This document shows, piece after piece, positions 1 to 10,892 of a stretch of 64,000 nt of DNA. This DNA is from Sulfolobales archaeon (GTDB taxonomy: Archaea > Thermoproteota > Thermoprotei_A > Sulfolobales > NBVN01). The stretch is taken from assembly GCA_026413885.1 (NCBI GenBank), contig JAOAKA010000001.1, positions 114,762-178,761 of the forward strand, in the 5' to 3' direction. Numbering within the stretch: position 1 is the first letter of the stretch; every line of letters begins with the position of its first letter. The notes under the pieces are model-generated. The model was not told the DNA's origin, searched no databases, and saw only the letters and a program-made list of their open reading frames with translations. Made by a program: the position numbers and the translations under genes.

Positions 1-982
1 TAACCTTACTAAAAGTTGAAGTCTCCTCTGGAACTATTCTCACTTCTCCCTTTCTAGACTCTACTTTCTCCATAATCTCGCTAACTAGCCCACAGTATTC
101 TCCGTAAAGCATATCTTCGTTAACTAGTAGCTTGGATATAGCTCCAAAGTCGGCTAACGCCTTAACTACATCAAGTCCATACGCAACTTTTTCGCTATCT
201 AGGGTCAGAAGCTTCATGAACTCTTCAAAGATGCTCTCGACTAGTATAACGCTATGAGTTTTGAATATATTCTTAAACGAGTCCCTCCTCATTAACTCAC
301 TTACACCAGCTCTACCTCCACTACTAACGGAGTCTACGTAAACTGATACACCTAACTTCCTGCGGAGTGTATCCGCAACGTAGTCTTTTAGAAAGGCTGG
401 AGAAGCCACTATAACTATGTCCGGCTTCTCTCGCTCTACAGCTGCGATAACAGCTTCAGATACTTCTCTAACTAGTTCTTCTACTGGAGGGCCTTCATCT
501 CGTATACCAGGCAGGTTCCTCTCCACGACATACCTCACTCCCTGCTCTAAGAGAGCAGCTACAGCTAGTTCATCGAAGTCAAATGCCGCGAGAAGTACTT
601 TAACTCTTCTCGATGAAGCCTTCTTCAATCTACTAATCTGCTCTTGAGTCCACTTAGACTTAACTATAGCTAATTCGGTCCCCACATCAATATTTAGAGT
701 ATGGTAAGACCCTTTCACACCGTATTTCTCCGGCCCCTCCACGACTTTTCCGTGAACTCTCAGTCTTCCACTAAAGGGCTGAAAGGATATGTCTTCAACT
801 CTCACAGCTAGAACCATTGGTAGACGTCTCTTGCCTTCACCATCTATCTTAACGTCTCTTAGAGTTTTTGCTGCGACTACGTCGTCTTTAGTAATTATGT
901 TTTTCAAAATCCATAAGTCATCTTCACACTCTACTCTTACTTCAATTAGTCCGTGCTTAAGGTCTTCTCTAACGATCTTCAT
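1..982 (-). CDS. pelA: Pelota/Dom34 mRNA-surveillance factor; C-terminus cut off by the window start
   Basis: My own minus-strand translation from the ATG at 982..980 gives MKIVREDLKHGLIEVRVECEDDLWILKNIITKDDVV...RLRVHGKVVEGPE... The frame stays open to base 1. It is missing from the ORF track because there is no stop inside the window. The sequence resembles archaeal Pelota. Confidence 0.8.
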   Translation of the reverse strand, partial: MKIVREDLKHGLIEVRVECEDDLWILKNIITKDDVVAAKTLRDVKIDGEGKRRLPMVLAVRVEDISFQPFSGRLRVHGKVVEGPEKYGVKGSYHTLNIDVGTELAIVKSKWTQEQISRLKKASSRRVKVLLAAFDFDELAVAALLEQGVRYVVERNLPGIRDEGPPVEELVREVSEAVIAAVEREKPDIVIVASPAFLKDYVADTLRRKLGVSVYVDSVSSGGRAGVSELMRRDSFKNIFKTHSVILVESIFEEFMKLLTLDSEKVAYGLDVVKALADFGAISKLLVNEDMLYGEYCGLVSEIMEKVESRKGEVRIVPEETSTFSKV

Positions 983-1003
983 AAATATCAATCACCAGCT
1001 CGA

Positions 1004-1501
1004 CTAGATTTCATATAGAGATCTTAATCCCGAGATCCTTAGATGTAATGTGTTAAAGATTCCTATAGCTGCTAAGTAGAGAAATAAGTCTACAACATAC
1101 CATTCACTATCTACTACTAAACCTATGACAGTAAAAGGAGTCCAGCTAAGTCTAAACGGAGAGTAGGGCGGTGGAACTGCCAGTAGGTACGCTATATAGC
1201 GAGATAAGTAGATCATAGCTAGTACCCCAACCCATAAAGCGATCAAGTTTATCCACATTAGTCCTCTAACACTCTTATATAGAGAATCGTATCTTGCTTT
1301 AATTATCCTCCACCTCTTTTTCTTGCTGGGCGATGTCTCCCGGAGCTTGATAGCTACGTAATCTAGCTCTCGTAGAACTCTATCGAGTCGAACCCTCTTT
1401 ATATACAACCTAACCACGTAGGTAATAGGGAGCAGTAAGACTATCGGTAAGACTATGTAGACTAGTATACTGAGAAAGACTGCCGGTAGCTCTTCAAACA
1501 T
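1004..1501 (-). CDS. Small polytopic membrane protein, possibly a DUF106/EMC3-YidC-like insertase
   Basis: 165 aa with an N-terminal TM helix, a basic coiled segment (KRVRLDRVLRELD...KKKRWRIIKARYD) and two more TM helices including a WY motif. It sits in the position after secY-adk that DUF106 proteins occupy in many archaea. Confidence 0.4.
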   Translation of the reverse strand: MFEELPAVFLSILVYIVLPIVLLLPITYVVRLYIKRVRLDRVLRELDYVAIKLRETSPSKKKRWRIIKARYDSLYKSVRGLMWINLIALWVGVLAMIYLSRYIAYLLAVPPPYSPFRLSWTPFTVIGLVVDSEWYVVDLFLYLAAIGIFNTLHLRISGLRSLYEI

Positions 1502-1503
1502 AT

Positions 1504-2103
1504 CTATAATTCCTCTACTACTCTAACAAATTCTTCAGCAGCTTTTTCAACACATCCTTCGCTATTCTGTATGAATTTTAAAGCCGCACCTGAGATAACA
1601 GAACTCGCAACTGCGTAGTATCGATTTATTTGGAGGAGTTCTCTGATAAGCTCTATAGACGTGAGATCTTTTCTATATCTACCTACGTCTCTCAGCTGTC
1701 TCGCCAGTATTTCATCTGGGTTCGCCTCAATGACTACTATAACACTTGGTCTTAATTCTTTCAGTATGACTAGTGGAAGACCAGGCCAGTAGCCGAGGCT
1801 AGTTTTAATTACTGCGTGTGTATCTACGATGCCGATAAACTTATCTCTAGATACGGTCTCTAAGTCTCTTCGAATAGCTTTAGCAGCAACTTCTTGAGCT
1901 TCTAGCTGAGTATTTAGACGAAGTCTCCTAATCTGGTCTCTTACTTCAGTCTCACCAATTTTCTTTAGGTAGTTCAGCATGTAGTCACCGAAATTTACTA
2001 GTTTTACGGTATACCCTCTTTCAGTAAGTATTTTAGTTGCGATAGATAAAACGGTACTCTTACCTACACCTGGAATTCCAACAACTACCACAGTTTTCAG
2101 CAA
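1504..2103 (-). CDS. adkA: Archaeal-type adenylate kinase
   Basis: P-loop VVVGIPGVGKSTV; 199 aa; immediately downstream of secY; TTG start. Confidence 0.85.
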   Translation of the reverse strand: MLKTVVVVGIPGVGKSTVLSIATKILTERGYTVKLVNFGDYMLNYLKKIGETEVRDQIRRLRLNTQLEAQEVAAKAIRRDLETVSRDKFIGIVDTHAVIKTSLGYWPGLPLVILKELRPSVIVVIEANPDEILARQLRDVGRYRKDLTSIELIRELLQINRYYAVASSVISGAALKFIQNSEGCVEKAAEEFVRVVEEL

Positions 2104-2105
2104 AG

Positions 2106-3533
2106 TTACTCCCCAACTAATCTTCTAAGTACTGGGTACATCTCGAGTGCTTGTTCATATGTTAGAGCTGTATAGAGTTGCTGCAGTATTCCCGCTGCTA
2201 GCAGCAGCCCTATACCACCGCCGTACACACTAAACACATCTGCTACTATAGCTAGTGATGCTACTATTATCGAACTAAGTATTGCTAGTGGATAGACATA
2301 CTTAGCTAGTATCAACTCTAAAGCCTTCGGATTAGCTCTCATTCCCGGAATAGATATACCTGATTTAATCAAGTTCTCCGCTTGATTAGCTGGACTAAGC
2401 CCTCCAACCTCAACCCACATTAAACCAAAGAGTACCGCTAGACCCACTAGTACAGCAGCATATACTATAGACCTAATGGGATCGTAGATGACCCCGAGAA
2501 GCCCTCTCGGTGGGGTTAAGTAAGCTAAAACTCCATCTAGAACATCTTTAAACCATGTAGCTTGAGGTATGTATGCTTCAACCATATTTCTTACTAATAG
2601 TATGTCTGATATAACTATACCTACAAGTAGAACAGGTATGTTCGACACATAGAGAAAGTTTAGTGGTACTTTACCTCGAATACCTGGAGCTCTCTGAATA
2701 GTTACCGGAATATTGATTTTCATACCCTGGAGGTAGATTACAATCACTAAAAACATAAAAGTAGCTATCATGCCGGTTAGAGATGGTAGTATAGCTACTT
2801 CACCACTAGCTAACTGGCCTGGTACATATCCATAGAGTAGTCTATTGAAATCTACCTCTCCTCTCATTAATTCACCTACCACATAGGGAATGACACCATA
2901 TCGATAGTTCCTTACTGAGCCATCTAGAGAGTGTACAGGTACTGTAACCGGTGCGAATATATCCCATACTATTGTTTTAGCTACTCCAGCAAGTATGAAG
3001 AGACTGATGCCGGACCCAATTCCATAGCCTTTCTGTATAGCTTCATCAAGCATTATCAGTATTAAAGCACCTAAGAAGAACTGAAGTGCGATAGAGATTG
3101 TTACGAAGAGATTCATTCGGTAAGTTAAAGCGAAACCAGCAGCTTCTACCGCAGCTATTACTAGTGCGAGACCTTTCTCAGCTTGTGTAAAGAGCTTTCT
3201 ATCATCTGGATTAGTTAAGTCTAGCTCTATTAGCTTGCCGCCGACTAGAACCTGGATTATGAGTCCCGCTGTAACTATAGGTCCGATACCTAGCTGTGCC
3301 AGTGTTCCAGTTGTAGCAGCAAATACTACCTGCATTAGGGGTGGAAGCTGGGGTCCCGCAGCAGCTGTAGATACAGGATAGACAGTTACTGAAGTCATAG
3401 AGTAGTATAACATAACTGCGACTAGAGTAAATAGAAGCCGATACTTAAGGTCGGGTCTTCTAGCAGGCTTAGGAGTTGATGGAACCAGATCTCCCAACCG
3501 AGCGAAAAAGCTTAGCGCTCCCATAGAGTGCAC
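2106..3533 (-). CDS. secY: Preprotein translocase subunit SecY
   Basis: 475 aa polytopic membrane protein at the end of the spc-type ribosomal protein block, with SecY-like sequence throughout. Confidence 0.95.
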   Translation of the reverse strand: MHSMGALSFFARLGDLVPSTPKPARRPDLKYRLLFTLVAVMLYYSMTSVTVYPVSTAAAGPQLPPLMQVVFAATTGTLAQLGIGPIVTAGLIIQVLVGGKLIELDLTNPDDRKLFTQAEKGLALVIAAVEAAGFALTYRMNLFVTISIALQFFLGALILIMLDEAIQKGYGIGSGISLFILAGVAKTIVWDIFAPVTVPVHSLDGSVRNYRYGVIPYVVGELMRGEVDFNRLLYGYVPGQLASGEVAILPSLTGMIATFMFLVIVIYLQGMKINIPVTIQRAPGIRGKVPLNFLYVSNIPVLLVGIVISDILLVRNMVEAYIPQATWFKDVLDGVLAYLTPPRGLLGVIYDPIRSIVYAAVLVGLAVLFGLMWVEVGGLSPANQAENLIKSGISIPGMRANPKALELILAKYVYPLAILSSIIVASLAIVADVFSVYGGGIGLLLAAGILQQLYTALTYEQALEMYPVLRRLVGE

Positions 3534-3728
3534 CGTTTTATTCCTTGCCTAGAACTCAGTGAGTTAGCAGCTTAAAAGCTCTCTACAGTAGCTAAAACCT
3601 CGTAGAGTGCCTATTCCAATCTACTAGACACAGCGCTGCTGGACTACTATAATTGTTAAGCACTTCACTGGAAGTAACTACGCAAAATATGTGGCTTCTG
3701 AAGAAGTGCGCTTAAAGACATGTTGCTA

Positions 3729-4196
3729 CTATTGTTTAGACTCTCTACTGAGTAGTATAACTTTTCCACCAGCTTCTTCAATCTTCTTTATAGCTTCTTC
3801 TGTAGCTTTATATACTACTACTTTGAGCTTTAAGTCTATTTTTCCCCGGCTCAGGAGCTTGCTGAATCCTAGAGATGAGAGATCGAGAATAAAGAAATCT
3901 CCTTCTTTAAGTATTTTTCCTCTCGATTCTAGCTGTCGCACTAATTCGCCTAGTTCACCCACATTTATTGTTCTATATTCTTCACTTATTCTGACCGGGT
4001 AAGTAAATCCACGCTTTCCAAACCAATTGGGGAAGTACTTCACGATCCACGACCACTTATGCTTATGCATACCAGCAGCTCCCTTACCACCCCTACTCCC
4101 ACTCTTTCTATGCTGTCCGATGCTCCCGTAGCCGTGAGTTCTTATACCTCTCATAGACCTACTCTTCTTTCTCCTTCTTACTACCGTATCCACCAC
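3729..4196 (-). CDS. rpl15: 50S ribosomal protein uL15
   Basis: RGIRTHGYGSIGQHRKSGSRGGKGAAGMHKHKW; conserved operon position. Confidence 0.93.
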   Translation of the reverse strand: MVDTVVRRRKKSRSMRGIRTHGYGSIGQHRKSGSRGGKGAAGMHKHKWSWIVKYFPNWFGKRGFTYPVRISEEYRTINVGELGELVRQLESRGKILKEGDFFILDLSSLGFSKLLSRGKIDLKLKVVVYKATEEAIKKIEEAGGKVILLSRESKQ

Positions 4197-4197
4197 C

Positions 4198-4671
4198 TCA
4201 GATTAACCTAGTGAGAAAGCTATTTATCTCATGCCCCCTATATCCTAGCTCGCCTCCAGAGCCGTAGGGCTTCTTCGTGCTTCTCTTAAATCCTCCAGTA
4301 GGCGGGTGTAGTCTGAAGATAGGCTTTACATATCTATCGTAGTGGTGCCACTGAATTCTCTCTTCATATAGAGCATCTACTAACTCGTTAACGCTATTCA
4401 TACCGAAAATCTTCTTTATATCTTCATCACTTATAGGTCTACCTCCTACTAGCCTGCCTCTCTTAGTGATAAGCATCTTCAATACCTCCTTATCGATTTC
4501 TCCCCAGGTGATCCAGTCTTTAACTACCTCCAGCACTCCATCGAGACTCGGAGACTTAGAGTATATTACAGTATGAAACGGTCTTACTAGTCTAAGTAAG
4601 CGAAGAGCATACTCTACGTCACGAGGTATATCTACTGTACCTCTAATTCTTACAATAGCGTATAACACCAT
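4198..4671 (-). CDS. rpl30: 50S ribosomal protein uL30
   Basis: MVLYAIVRIRGTVDIPRDVEYALRLLRL; operon position between uS5 and uL15. Confidence 0.92.
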   Translation of the reverse strand: MVLYAIVRIRGTVDIPRDVEYALRLLRLVRPFHTVIYSKSPSLDGVLEVVKDWITWGEIDKEVLKMLITKRGRLVGGRPISDEDIKKIFGMNSVNELVDALYEERIQWHHYDRYVKPIFRLHPPTGGFKRSTKKPYGSGGELGYRGHEINSFLTRLI

Positions 4672-4673
4672 TA

Positions 4674-5315
4674 CTAAACACCTCTACGCCAGTCGGTAGG
4701 AGATATGAACTTATACGTCTTCTTCAGAGCGTCGTATGTAGCCAGTATGAAGTTGAGAGAAGTTCTCGTCTCACCTTTCGACCACGTCCAAGTATCTTTA
4801 ACTCCAGCGTAGCGGAGTATTACTTTAGCTATATCTCCAGCAACGAGTCCAGTTCCCTTAGGAGCTGGTTTTAGAGTTATTCTAATACTTCCAGATTTTC
4901 CACCTACAATAAATGGAATGCTGTGTGGTTCTCCACATGAACACTCCCAACTACCACATCCCCTTCTAACGGGTACTATATTTAGTTTCGCATCTCTAAT
5001 TGCTTTATCGATAGCTTGTCTTAGCTGCTTTGCTTTTCCTATCCCTATCCCTACATATCCATCGAAATTTCCGACTACAACTATAGCGCGAAATCTAGAT
5101 ACTTCCCCAGCGTCTGTCTGCTTTTGAACTATAGAGACATTCACTACCTCATGTTTTAGATCGGGTAGTAAATAGTCAACTATCTCCGGCTCCTGTATAA
5201 GCCAGTTATTATCGAAGATCTCTCGAATACTTACTACCTTACCCTCCTTTACCATCATTCCGAGCTTAGTTCTCGGAGTCCAGGACTCTATTCCGGGCGT
5301 ACTCTCAGACATCAC
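4674..5315 (-). CDS. rps5: 30S ribosomal protein uS5
   Basis: 213 aa containing [24 protein letters not shown]; operon position. Confidence 0.93.
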   Translation of the reverse strand: MMSESTPGIESWTPRTKLGMMVKEGKVVSIREIFDNNWLIQEPEIVDYLLPDLKHEVVNVSIVQKQTDAGEVSRFRAIVVVGNFDGYVGIGIGKAKQLRQAIDKAIRDAKLNIVPVRRGCGSWECSCGEPHSIPFIVGGKSGSIRITLKPAPKGTGLVAGDIAKVILRYAGVKDTWTWSKGETRTSLNFILATYDALKKTYKFISPTDWRRGV

Positions 5316-5914
5316 GCACCACCAGTAAGAGCTTTAATTATATTCATCTTGACTTCATCGAAGTGTTCTGGCAGTTTTCTCGGGTCTAAACCTCTTTCGA
5401 GGTACTTAGAGAAAAGCTTCTTAAATTTATCCTCGCTCTCAGTAGCTACTGATTCAGCATACTTAGCTATATGTTCTCCTCTAATTCTATCGTCTGAAGG
5501 AATTATGTCACTAGACACTGGTATTTCGACACCAGCTTCTCTAAGTCCTCTGATAGCAGCAAAAACACGGCAACTCTTAACTGGTCTATGTAAGCCTATA
5601 TCTGGAATGGCTTTTACTATACCTAATTTTACCGCTTTTAGTCCAGCTATTAAGCCGGTTAAGTAAGCTGCTGAAGTATTGTTGTAATCTCCTCTCCAAC
5701 CAAATCTTGATAGCGCTCTACTGTGTATAGCTACCCTAGTTAAATCACCTCTCGGAGCAAACTCTACTATCTGTACTAATATGTAATTATTAGTCTTTCT
5801 CACAACAGCTCTAATTCTCTGAGTAGACTTAATCATTCTATATCTTCTATAGTAGTTAGTCTTTCCTTCTCTTCTCCTTCTCAGAGGGACTTTATAGCTA
5901 GCTCCTTTAGCCAC
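5312..5914 (-). CDS. rpl18: 50S ribosomal protein uL18
   Basis: N-terminus [22 protein letters not shown]; operon position. Confidence 0.93.
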   Translation of the reverse strand: MAKGASYKVPLRRRREGKTNYYRRYRMIKSTQRIRAVVRKTNNYILVQIVEFAPRGDLTRVAIHSRALSRFGWRGDYNNTSAAYLTGLIAGLKAVKLGIVKAIPDIGLHRPVKSCRVFAAIRGLREAGVEIPVSSDIIPSDDRIRGEHIAKYAESVATESEDKFKKLFSKYLERGLDPRKLPEHFDEVKMNIIKALTGGA

Positions 5915-5915
5915 A

Positions 5916-6368
5916 CTACCTCACCTGAATGCCCATTGCCGCTAAATGTCTCTTCAGATCTGAGAGGCTCTTGAAGGCACCTCCTTTAGCTAGCCTATAG
6001 AGCTTCCTGTATGTTACCGTATCTATTACTTCACTATCTCTCATCCACTTAATGAATCTTCTAATCTTCCTAATCGTAGTCATCCACCTCTTCTTCGGAT
6101 CCATTCTAGCAGTCCTAGGCCCTTTCCTTCTACCAGGACCTCTCCTATGACCCTTCTTCCTCTTCTCGTGTCTCTCCTTCCACCTACCTCTAGAGTTTCT
6201 TCCAGAAGGTTCAACCCATATCGCACCATCTTTAATCAGCTTCTTTATGTCTTCTCTAGTTAGTGCGGACTCTATCTTCTCTAGCTTCTCTGGGTCGAAT
6301 CTAATTCTATTCTCACCTATCTCTAATATCTCCGCAGCTAGTCTCCTCTGAAGAGAGAGGTCCACCAC
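5916..6368 (-). CDS. rpl19e: 50S ribosomal protein eL19
   Basis: LQRRLAAEILEIGENRIRFDP and a basic tail HRRGPGRRKG. Confidence 0.92.
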   Translation of the reverse strand: MVDLSLQRRLAAEILEIGENRIRFDPEKLEKIESALTREDIKKLIKDGAIWVEPSGRNSRGRWKERHEKRKKGHRRGPGRRKGPRTARMDPKKRWMTTIRKIRRFIKWMRDSEVIDTVTYRKLYRLAKGGAFKSLSDLKRHLAAMGIQVR

Positions 6369-6784
6369 TATGTGCCACCTGCGTTAGCTACTCTAAATCC
6401 CATTTCCTGAGCTTTTCTAATTATCTCTATCTTCTTTCTTAAACCTACAGAGGAGCCTATATAAACTATATATCTAGCTGGATCTAGGTTATCTAGCTCC
6501 TTTATGTTGTTAACTACTACAGGCTTCAAACCAGACGGATGGAGACCTCTTATAGCAACTGGCGTTTCATATCCACTAGCTGCTGCCGGCGGCTGCCCCT
6601 TGAGTTTTAATCTCATTGGGTTGTCTTTTCCTCTCGGTTTTTTCCACTTTAACTCATTTCTAAACTTAGTGAATTTCCACCACTTATTTCTATAGAAACT
6701 TATCTTCAGCTTCCTCCGAATAAGCTTTCTGACATCCTCCATACTCACAGTTTTTTTACTCAACTTCACCACCTCAGTCCGCAT
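6368..6784 (-). CDS. rpl32e: 50S ribosomal protein eL32
   Basis: FYRNKWWKFTKFRNELKWKKPRGKDNPMRLKLKG; the start may lie downstream of the listed one, which overlaps uL6 by 11 nt. Confidence 0.9.
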   Translation of the reverse strand: MRTEVVKLSKKTVSMEDVRKLIRRKLKISFYRNKWWKFTKFRNELKWKKPRGKDNPMRLKLKGQPPAAASGYETPVAIRGLHPSGLKPVVVNNIKELDNLDPARYIVYIGSSVGLRKKIEIIRKAQEMGFRVANAGGT

Positions 6785-7322
6785 ATCCCCGCTCGTATAT
6801 GTAGATGCCGTCTACGAATACCCTCCTGTCGAGTTCTCTTATTCTAGTTGCTTGCTCTATATTCGCAGCTGTCTGTGAAACTGCTTCTAGGTCACACCCC
6901 TCTATGGTAACGTCTGTCTTACCGATACTTACTTTCACATTGCCTACTATTCTAGCTACTCTAGGTGCTTTCTCCCCAATGAAATTCTCGATTACCACTT
7001 TATTGTCATCTACCTTCACAGATATCGGAAAGTGAGAGTAAACTATCTTCAACTTATACCGATATCCTCTCATAACTCCGTCTATTGCGTTCTTAATGTG
7101 AGATACTACTGAGTAGAATTGAGCCTTCAACTTTTTATCTGCGAAGTGGGTTTCAAGAATTATCGACACTCCCTCCTTAGCTATAGTTATTTCTCTAGCG
7201 TAGCTGAAGTCTCTTTCGACTACTCCCTTAGGTCCTCTAACTCTAATTTTCCTACCTTCTATCTCTATATCTACTCCACCTGGAATAGGTACCTCTTCTC
7301 TAAGCCTAACAATCCGAGCCAT
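6774..7322 (-). CDS. rpl6: 50S ribosomal protein uL6
   Basis: 182 aa with two repeated uL6-type halves; operon position between uS8 and eL32. Confidence 0.92.
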   Translation of the reverse strand: MARIVRLREEVPIPGGVDIEIEGRKIRVRGPKGVVERDFSYAREITIAKEGVSIILETHFADKKLKAQFYSVVSHIKNAIDGVMRGYRYKLKIVYSHFPISVKVDDNKVVIENFIGEKAPRVARIVGNVKVSIGKTDVTIEGCDLEAVSQTAANIEQATRIRELDRRVFVDGIYIYERGYAD

Positions 7323-7331
7323 AGCCTACCC

Positions 7332-7733
7332 CTAGTAAACATATGCTAATAACACTCCCCCGATCCTCCTCTCTATAGCCTCCATATGGGATATTACTCC
7401 CTGAGAAGTAGATATCACTATCACACCTATATCGCGTGACGGTAGGTAGCTCTTCAACCACTCCGGCATTTTAAGTAAATCGACATATCTAACCGAGTAC
7501 CTAGGCTTAATTGCTCCACACTTATTGATTCTACCCAGAAGCTGCACTTTAAGCTTACCCCACCTACCGTCGTCTATGTGTTCAAACTCACCTATATACC
7601 CATATCTCTGCATGACTCTTAAAACAGATGCTACTAGTTTTGAAGACGGCATTATTAGAGCCTCTCTATTACCCCTCATCTCGTTATTGTATATAGTTGC
7701 GAGAGCATTTGCGAGAACGTCTACCGACACCAT
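7332..7733 (-). CDS. rps8: 30S ribosomal protein uS8
   Basis: [17 protein letters not shown]...GGVLLAYVY. Confidence 0.93.
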   Translation of the reverse strand: MVSVDVLANALATIYNNEMRGNREALIMPSSKLVASVLRVMQRYGYIGEFEHIDDGRWGKLKVQLLGRINKCGAIKPRYSVRYVDLLKMPEWLKSYLPSRDIGVIVISTSQGVISHMEAIERRIGGVLLAYVY

Positions 7734-7743
7734 AGTCTCAACC

Positions 7744-7908
7744 TCACGCGTATTTCTTAAACCCGATGTACATAGCTATCTCTCTAAAGCACTGCCTGCA
7801 GAGATAGAGGCCGTACTTCTGAATTACAGCATCTGTACTACCGCATCTTCTACACACTTGAACTCCTCTACCGTACTTCCTCACTATTGGGCGTCTATAT
7901 TTACCCAA
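7744..7908 (-). CDS. rps14: 30S ribosomal protein uS14 (zinc type)
   Basis: [26 protein letters not shown] prefer the TTG at 7908, preceded by AGGTGGTcggct, over the ORF-track start at 7926, which lies inside uL5. Confidence 0.9.
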   Translation of the reverse strand: MGKYRRPIVRKYGRGVQVCRRCGSTDAVIQKYGLYLCRQCFREIAMYIGFKKYA

Positions 7909-8473
7909 AGCCGACCACCTTAACACCGAGTTTATTTATAAAGAATATAGCTGCTTCATCTCTACTAACTCTATGTCTTCTAGGTATAGTTGACCTACAC
8001 CTTCTTCTCCTCATAACTCTATAGCCAGGTCTCTCTAATTTAACTATCACATCCATCCCGAAGATCCCGATATCGGGATCGTACTTAGCTCCTGGAAGCA
8101 TGATGTGCTCCTTAATTCCAAAAGAAACATTACCGTAATCATCAAAACTTGAGTATTTTACTCTACGACCAACAGCCGTTAGAGCTTTATCTAGAAACTC
8201 TAGCGCTCTAGGTCCCCTCAAAGTTACTGCTGCAGCTATAGGTTCTCCTCTCTTTACACCAAACTCCTTAATACTTCTCTTAGCTCTTCTGAGAGATGGT
8301 TTCTGTTTAACTAGTTGTTCGAGGAGCTTAGCTGCTTTCTCTAGTCTCTCACCAGATACACCAACACCGATGTTAACAACTACCTTAGCTATTCTCGGCT
8401 CTAGCATTCTATTGGAAGACCACTTACTCACTATCTGCTTATTAAACTCTTCAAAGTTAGTTTGCGCACTCAC
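7901..8473 (-). CDS. rpl5: 50S ribosomal protein uL5
   Basis: 190 aa containing [13 protein letters not shown]...GMDV; operon position. Confidence 0.93.
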   Translation of the reverse strand: MSAQTNFEEFNKQIVSKWSSNRMLEPRIAKVVVNIGVGVSGERLEKAAKLLEQLVKQKPSLRRAKRSIKEFGVKRGEPIAAAVTLRGPRALEFLDKALTAVGRRVKYSSFDDYGNVSFGIKEHIMLPGAKYDPDIGIFGMDVIVKLERPGYRVMRRRRCRSTIPRRHRVSRDEAAIFFINKLGVKVVGFG

Positions 8474-9228
8474 TTTAACTCACCTAACTTCATAGTCACC
8501 GGCAGAGTTATTTCCGGTTTCTCCACACCGACGACAAATACTTTATCTAGTGAAGTGTAGAAACTACCACCTGAGATATCTTCAAGTAGTACTAGCTTCC
8601 TATAGTGACGCATTCCTCCACTTATACTTAAAACTCTACCAACTTTACCTGTATTCATTCCACCAATTACTGCCGCAAGAACCCCCTTATTGAGTGGAAT
8701 GTGTTCTAGGAGTTTGTATTCGGGAATTGAGATTTTCACTACGGACATCGTTGTAAGCTTTTTTGCTTCCTCTAAGCTTACTTCAATATTCTTGCCGTCG
8801 TGGAGGTTGAGTTGGAGTTTTCCTCCTCTGAGAGTTGTTTTATCCTCAATTCTACATAGTTTAAATGAAGCTTCATCTCTAGATATGGGAACGAGAGTCA
8901 TAACTCTCACTGGAACTGGAACTACTCTAAAGAATTCCTCAGTATCTGCAATCTCTATAACATCCATTAAACCGACTGGAAACTTGTAGTCTTTTCTGAC
9001 GTATCCATCTATCTTAAAGTGTCCCTCGGCAATAAGTCTTCTAGCTTCTCGATAACTTTTAGCGTATCCCATGACATCTCTAACAATCATTAGTAGTGGG
9101 AGAGCTCTACCTACGGAGTGTGGGCCGGGAGCCGGCTTAACAGCCCACTTTACTTCCTTCCTCAGCAGCGGCCAGAACTCTGGAGCTGCCAGTCTCTTTA
9201 GATGTCTGCTACCTCCCATCTTACCCAT
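8470..9228 (-). CDS. rps4e: 30S ribosomal protein eS4
   Basis: [20 protein letters not shown]...; 252 aa. Confidence 0.93.
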   Translation of the reverse strand: MGKMGGSRHLKRLAAPEFWPLLRKEVKWAVKPAPGPHSVGRALPLLMIVRDVMGYAKSYREARRLIAEGHFKIDGYVRKDYKFPVGLMDVIEIADTEEFFRVVPVPVRVMTLVPISRDEASFKLCRIEDKTTLRGGKLQLNLHDGKNIEVSLEEAKKLTTMSVVKISIPEYKLLEHIPLNKGVLAAVIGGMNTGKVGRVLSISGGMRHYRKLVLLEDISGGSFYTSLDKVFVVGVEKPEITLPVTMKLGELK

Positions 9229-9626
9229 TAACTACCACCTTCAGAAGCTACCTTTCTTCTCTCGATAATTTTTTCTCTCACTTTATCTACCGCACCGAGT
9301 TTCACTATTAGGACTTTAGATGGATGTATCGAGTATGGAACAGGGGTTCCATCAGCTTTCTTTATAGTTACTCCTTCAACATATATTCTAGTCCTTTTGA
9401 GGTCCACTCTAATGACTTTACCTTCATGTCCAGCCCAATCACCTCTCATAATTTTAACTACATCGTCTTTTCTTACTGGAAGTCTCTTAACTCCATATTC
9501 TTTCACTAGATCTTCAGAGAGGGATGCGTTGAGAAACTTATGCTTAATGTGTAGAGGAGCTCTATAGACAGCAAGCCTCTGCTTGCGAGGCTGTTTACTA
9601 ACTTCACGAGCTGCCATAGTAATCAC
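9228..9626 (-). CDS. rpl24: 50S ribosomal protein uL24
   Basis: KOW-like [24 protein letters not shown]. Confidence 0.92.
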   Translation of the reverse strand: MITMAAREVSKQPRKQRLAVYRAPLHIKHKFLNASLSEDLVKEYGVKRLPVRKDDVVKIMRGDWAGHEGKVIRVDLKRTRIYVEGVTIKKADGTPVPYSIHPSKVLIVKLGAVDKVREKIIERRKVASEGGS

Positions 9627-9627
9627 C

Positions 9628-10047
9628 TCATACTACGAGAGTAGCTAGATTTGCTATACCGGGCCATCTCTCAGCAGCTTCTCTAGCAACAGGTCCTCTT
9701 ATCTCACTTCCCTTAGGATTGCCGTCTGGAGTTACTATAACACATGCGTTATCTTCAAATGCTATCCAGGTTCCATCAGGTCTTCTATAAGGTTTGCGCT
9801 GTCTTATAACTATAGCCTGCATTACTTGCCCCACTAACTCTGTCTTACCTTTCTTTACCGTTACTACAATTAGGTCTCCCACTGTTGCAAACGGAACTCT
9901 CCTCAGCCTAGTTTTAACACCCATTACCCCTATCATAGCTACTTCCTTAGCACCGCTATTGTCTGCTACACTAAGTCTAGTTCCATTGATGATTCCGGGA
10001 GACCTGCCTAAGCGACCGAATCTTGCTGTAGACTTTACAACACTCAC
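9628..10047 (-). CDS. rpl14: 50S ribosomal protein uL14
   Basis: [10 protein letters not shown]...[18 protein letters not shown]...[14 protein letters not shown] prefer the GTG at 10047 (GGTGGTGtttaGTG, sharing one base with the uS17 TAG), which gives about 139 aa. The ORF-track start at 10083 lies inside uS17. Confidence 0.92.
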   Translation of the reverse strand: MSVVKSTARFGRLGRSPGIINGTRLSVADNSGAKEVAMIGVMGVKTRLRRVPFATVGDLIVVTVKKGKTELVGQVMQAIVIRQRKPYRRPDGTWIAFEDNACVIVTPDGNPKGSEIRGPVAREAAERWPGIANLATLVV

Positions 10048-10412
10048 TAAACACCACCACTTAAAACTCCTAGAACTACCCAAGCAACTGACTTAGCTAG
10101 AGGTCTAGTCTCTCCTATTAGGACTTTATCACCTGGAGAAGTCTTTATGCATGGAGGTAGGTATGCGTGTATTCTAGACCTACGTTTCTCGTACCTACGG
10201 AATTTTCTAACATAGACTAAAAACTCTCTCTCAACTATGACCATCTTTTGAGCTCTAGCCTTATAAACTCTACCTACTAGAAGACCGCCGCGAACTTTGA
10301 GATGCCCATGCCAGGGGCACTTAATGTCAGAACAAACTTCTTGAGGTGGATTAAGTCCTTTGTAGTCTATCCCTATGTTTTTAGCTTTAACTCCCTCACT
10401 CACTGCTCTCAC
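10047..10412 (-). CDS. rps17: 30S ribosomal protein uS17
   Basis: [23 protein letters not shown]...; operon position. Confidence 0.92.
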   Translation of the reverse strand: MRAVSEGVKAKNIGIDYKGLNPPQEVCSDIKCPWHGHLKVRGGLLVGRVYKARAQKMVIVEREFLVYVRKFRRYEKRRSRIHAYLPPCIKTSPGDKVLIGETRPLAKSVAWVVLGVLSGGV

Positions 10413-10714
10413 CCACAGTTCTTAATTCTTTCTTCAGGGTTCGCAATCAACTCCTCACCACCGATAGTCACTAAGCTACCTAAGCCTGGAAGCTTAAAAG
10501 AAAATACAGCGAAGTTCTTAGGTACCTTAATTTCGCGTCCAGAACTCTCTATAACCAATATATTCCTTGTCTCCCATACTACCCTTCCATCTACTCCCAC
10601 AAGTCCTCTATCGCTATGATCTACTACTTTAACTTCTAATCCTATCAGCTCGTGACACTTAAGATTGCTTCTGGAGTACTTCAACTCTTCTCTCACCCTC
10701 TCTCTTCTCTTCAT
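10409..10714 (-). CDS. rnp1: RNase P protein component 1 (Rpp29/Pop4)
   Basis: LIGLEVKVVDHSDRGLVGVDGRVVWETRNILVIE; the usual archaeal position between uL29 and uS17. The true start is probably downstream of 10714, because the listed ORF overlaps uL29 by 56 nt. Confidence 0.8.
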   Translation of the reverse strand: MKRRERVREELKYSRSNLKCHELIGLEVKVVDHSDRGLVGVDGRVVWETRNILVIESSGREIKVPKNFAVFSFKLPGLGSLVTIGGEELIANPEERIKNCG

Positions 10715-10892
10715 TAATAACTGTTAATATGCGTGCTATATTCTTTCTCACAATCCTTATTCTCGCAATATTAGTTAGAGTTCCAACTCTAGCTTGAGTT
10801 CTCAGCTTTACCAGCTCCGTTCTAAGCTCATTAAGCAGCTTAACCCTCTCTTCAGGACTCATCTGTCGTATCTCTCTAGCTGAGAGACTCAC
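10659..10892 (-). CDS. rpl29: 50S ribosomal protein uL29
   Basis: REIRQMSPEERVKLLNELRTELVKLR. Confidence 0.92.
   Translation of the reverse strand: MSLSAREIRQMSPEERVKLLNELRTELVKLRTQARVGTLTNIARIRIVRKNIARILTVINEEKREGERRVEVLQKQS

Noticed and set aside
417-1007. Plus-strand ORFs 417..647 and 789..1007
   Set aside because: They are Ser/Thr/Leu-rich antisense shadows of the Pelota gene, which reads cleanly on the minus strand.
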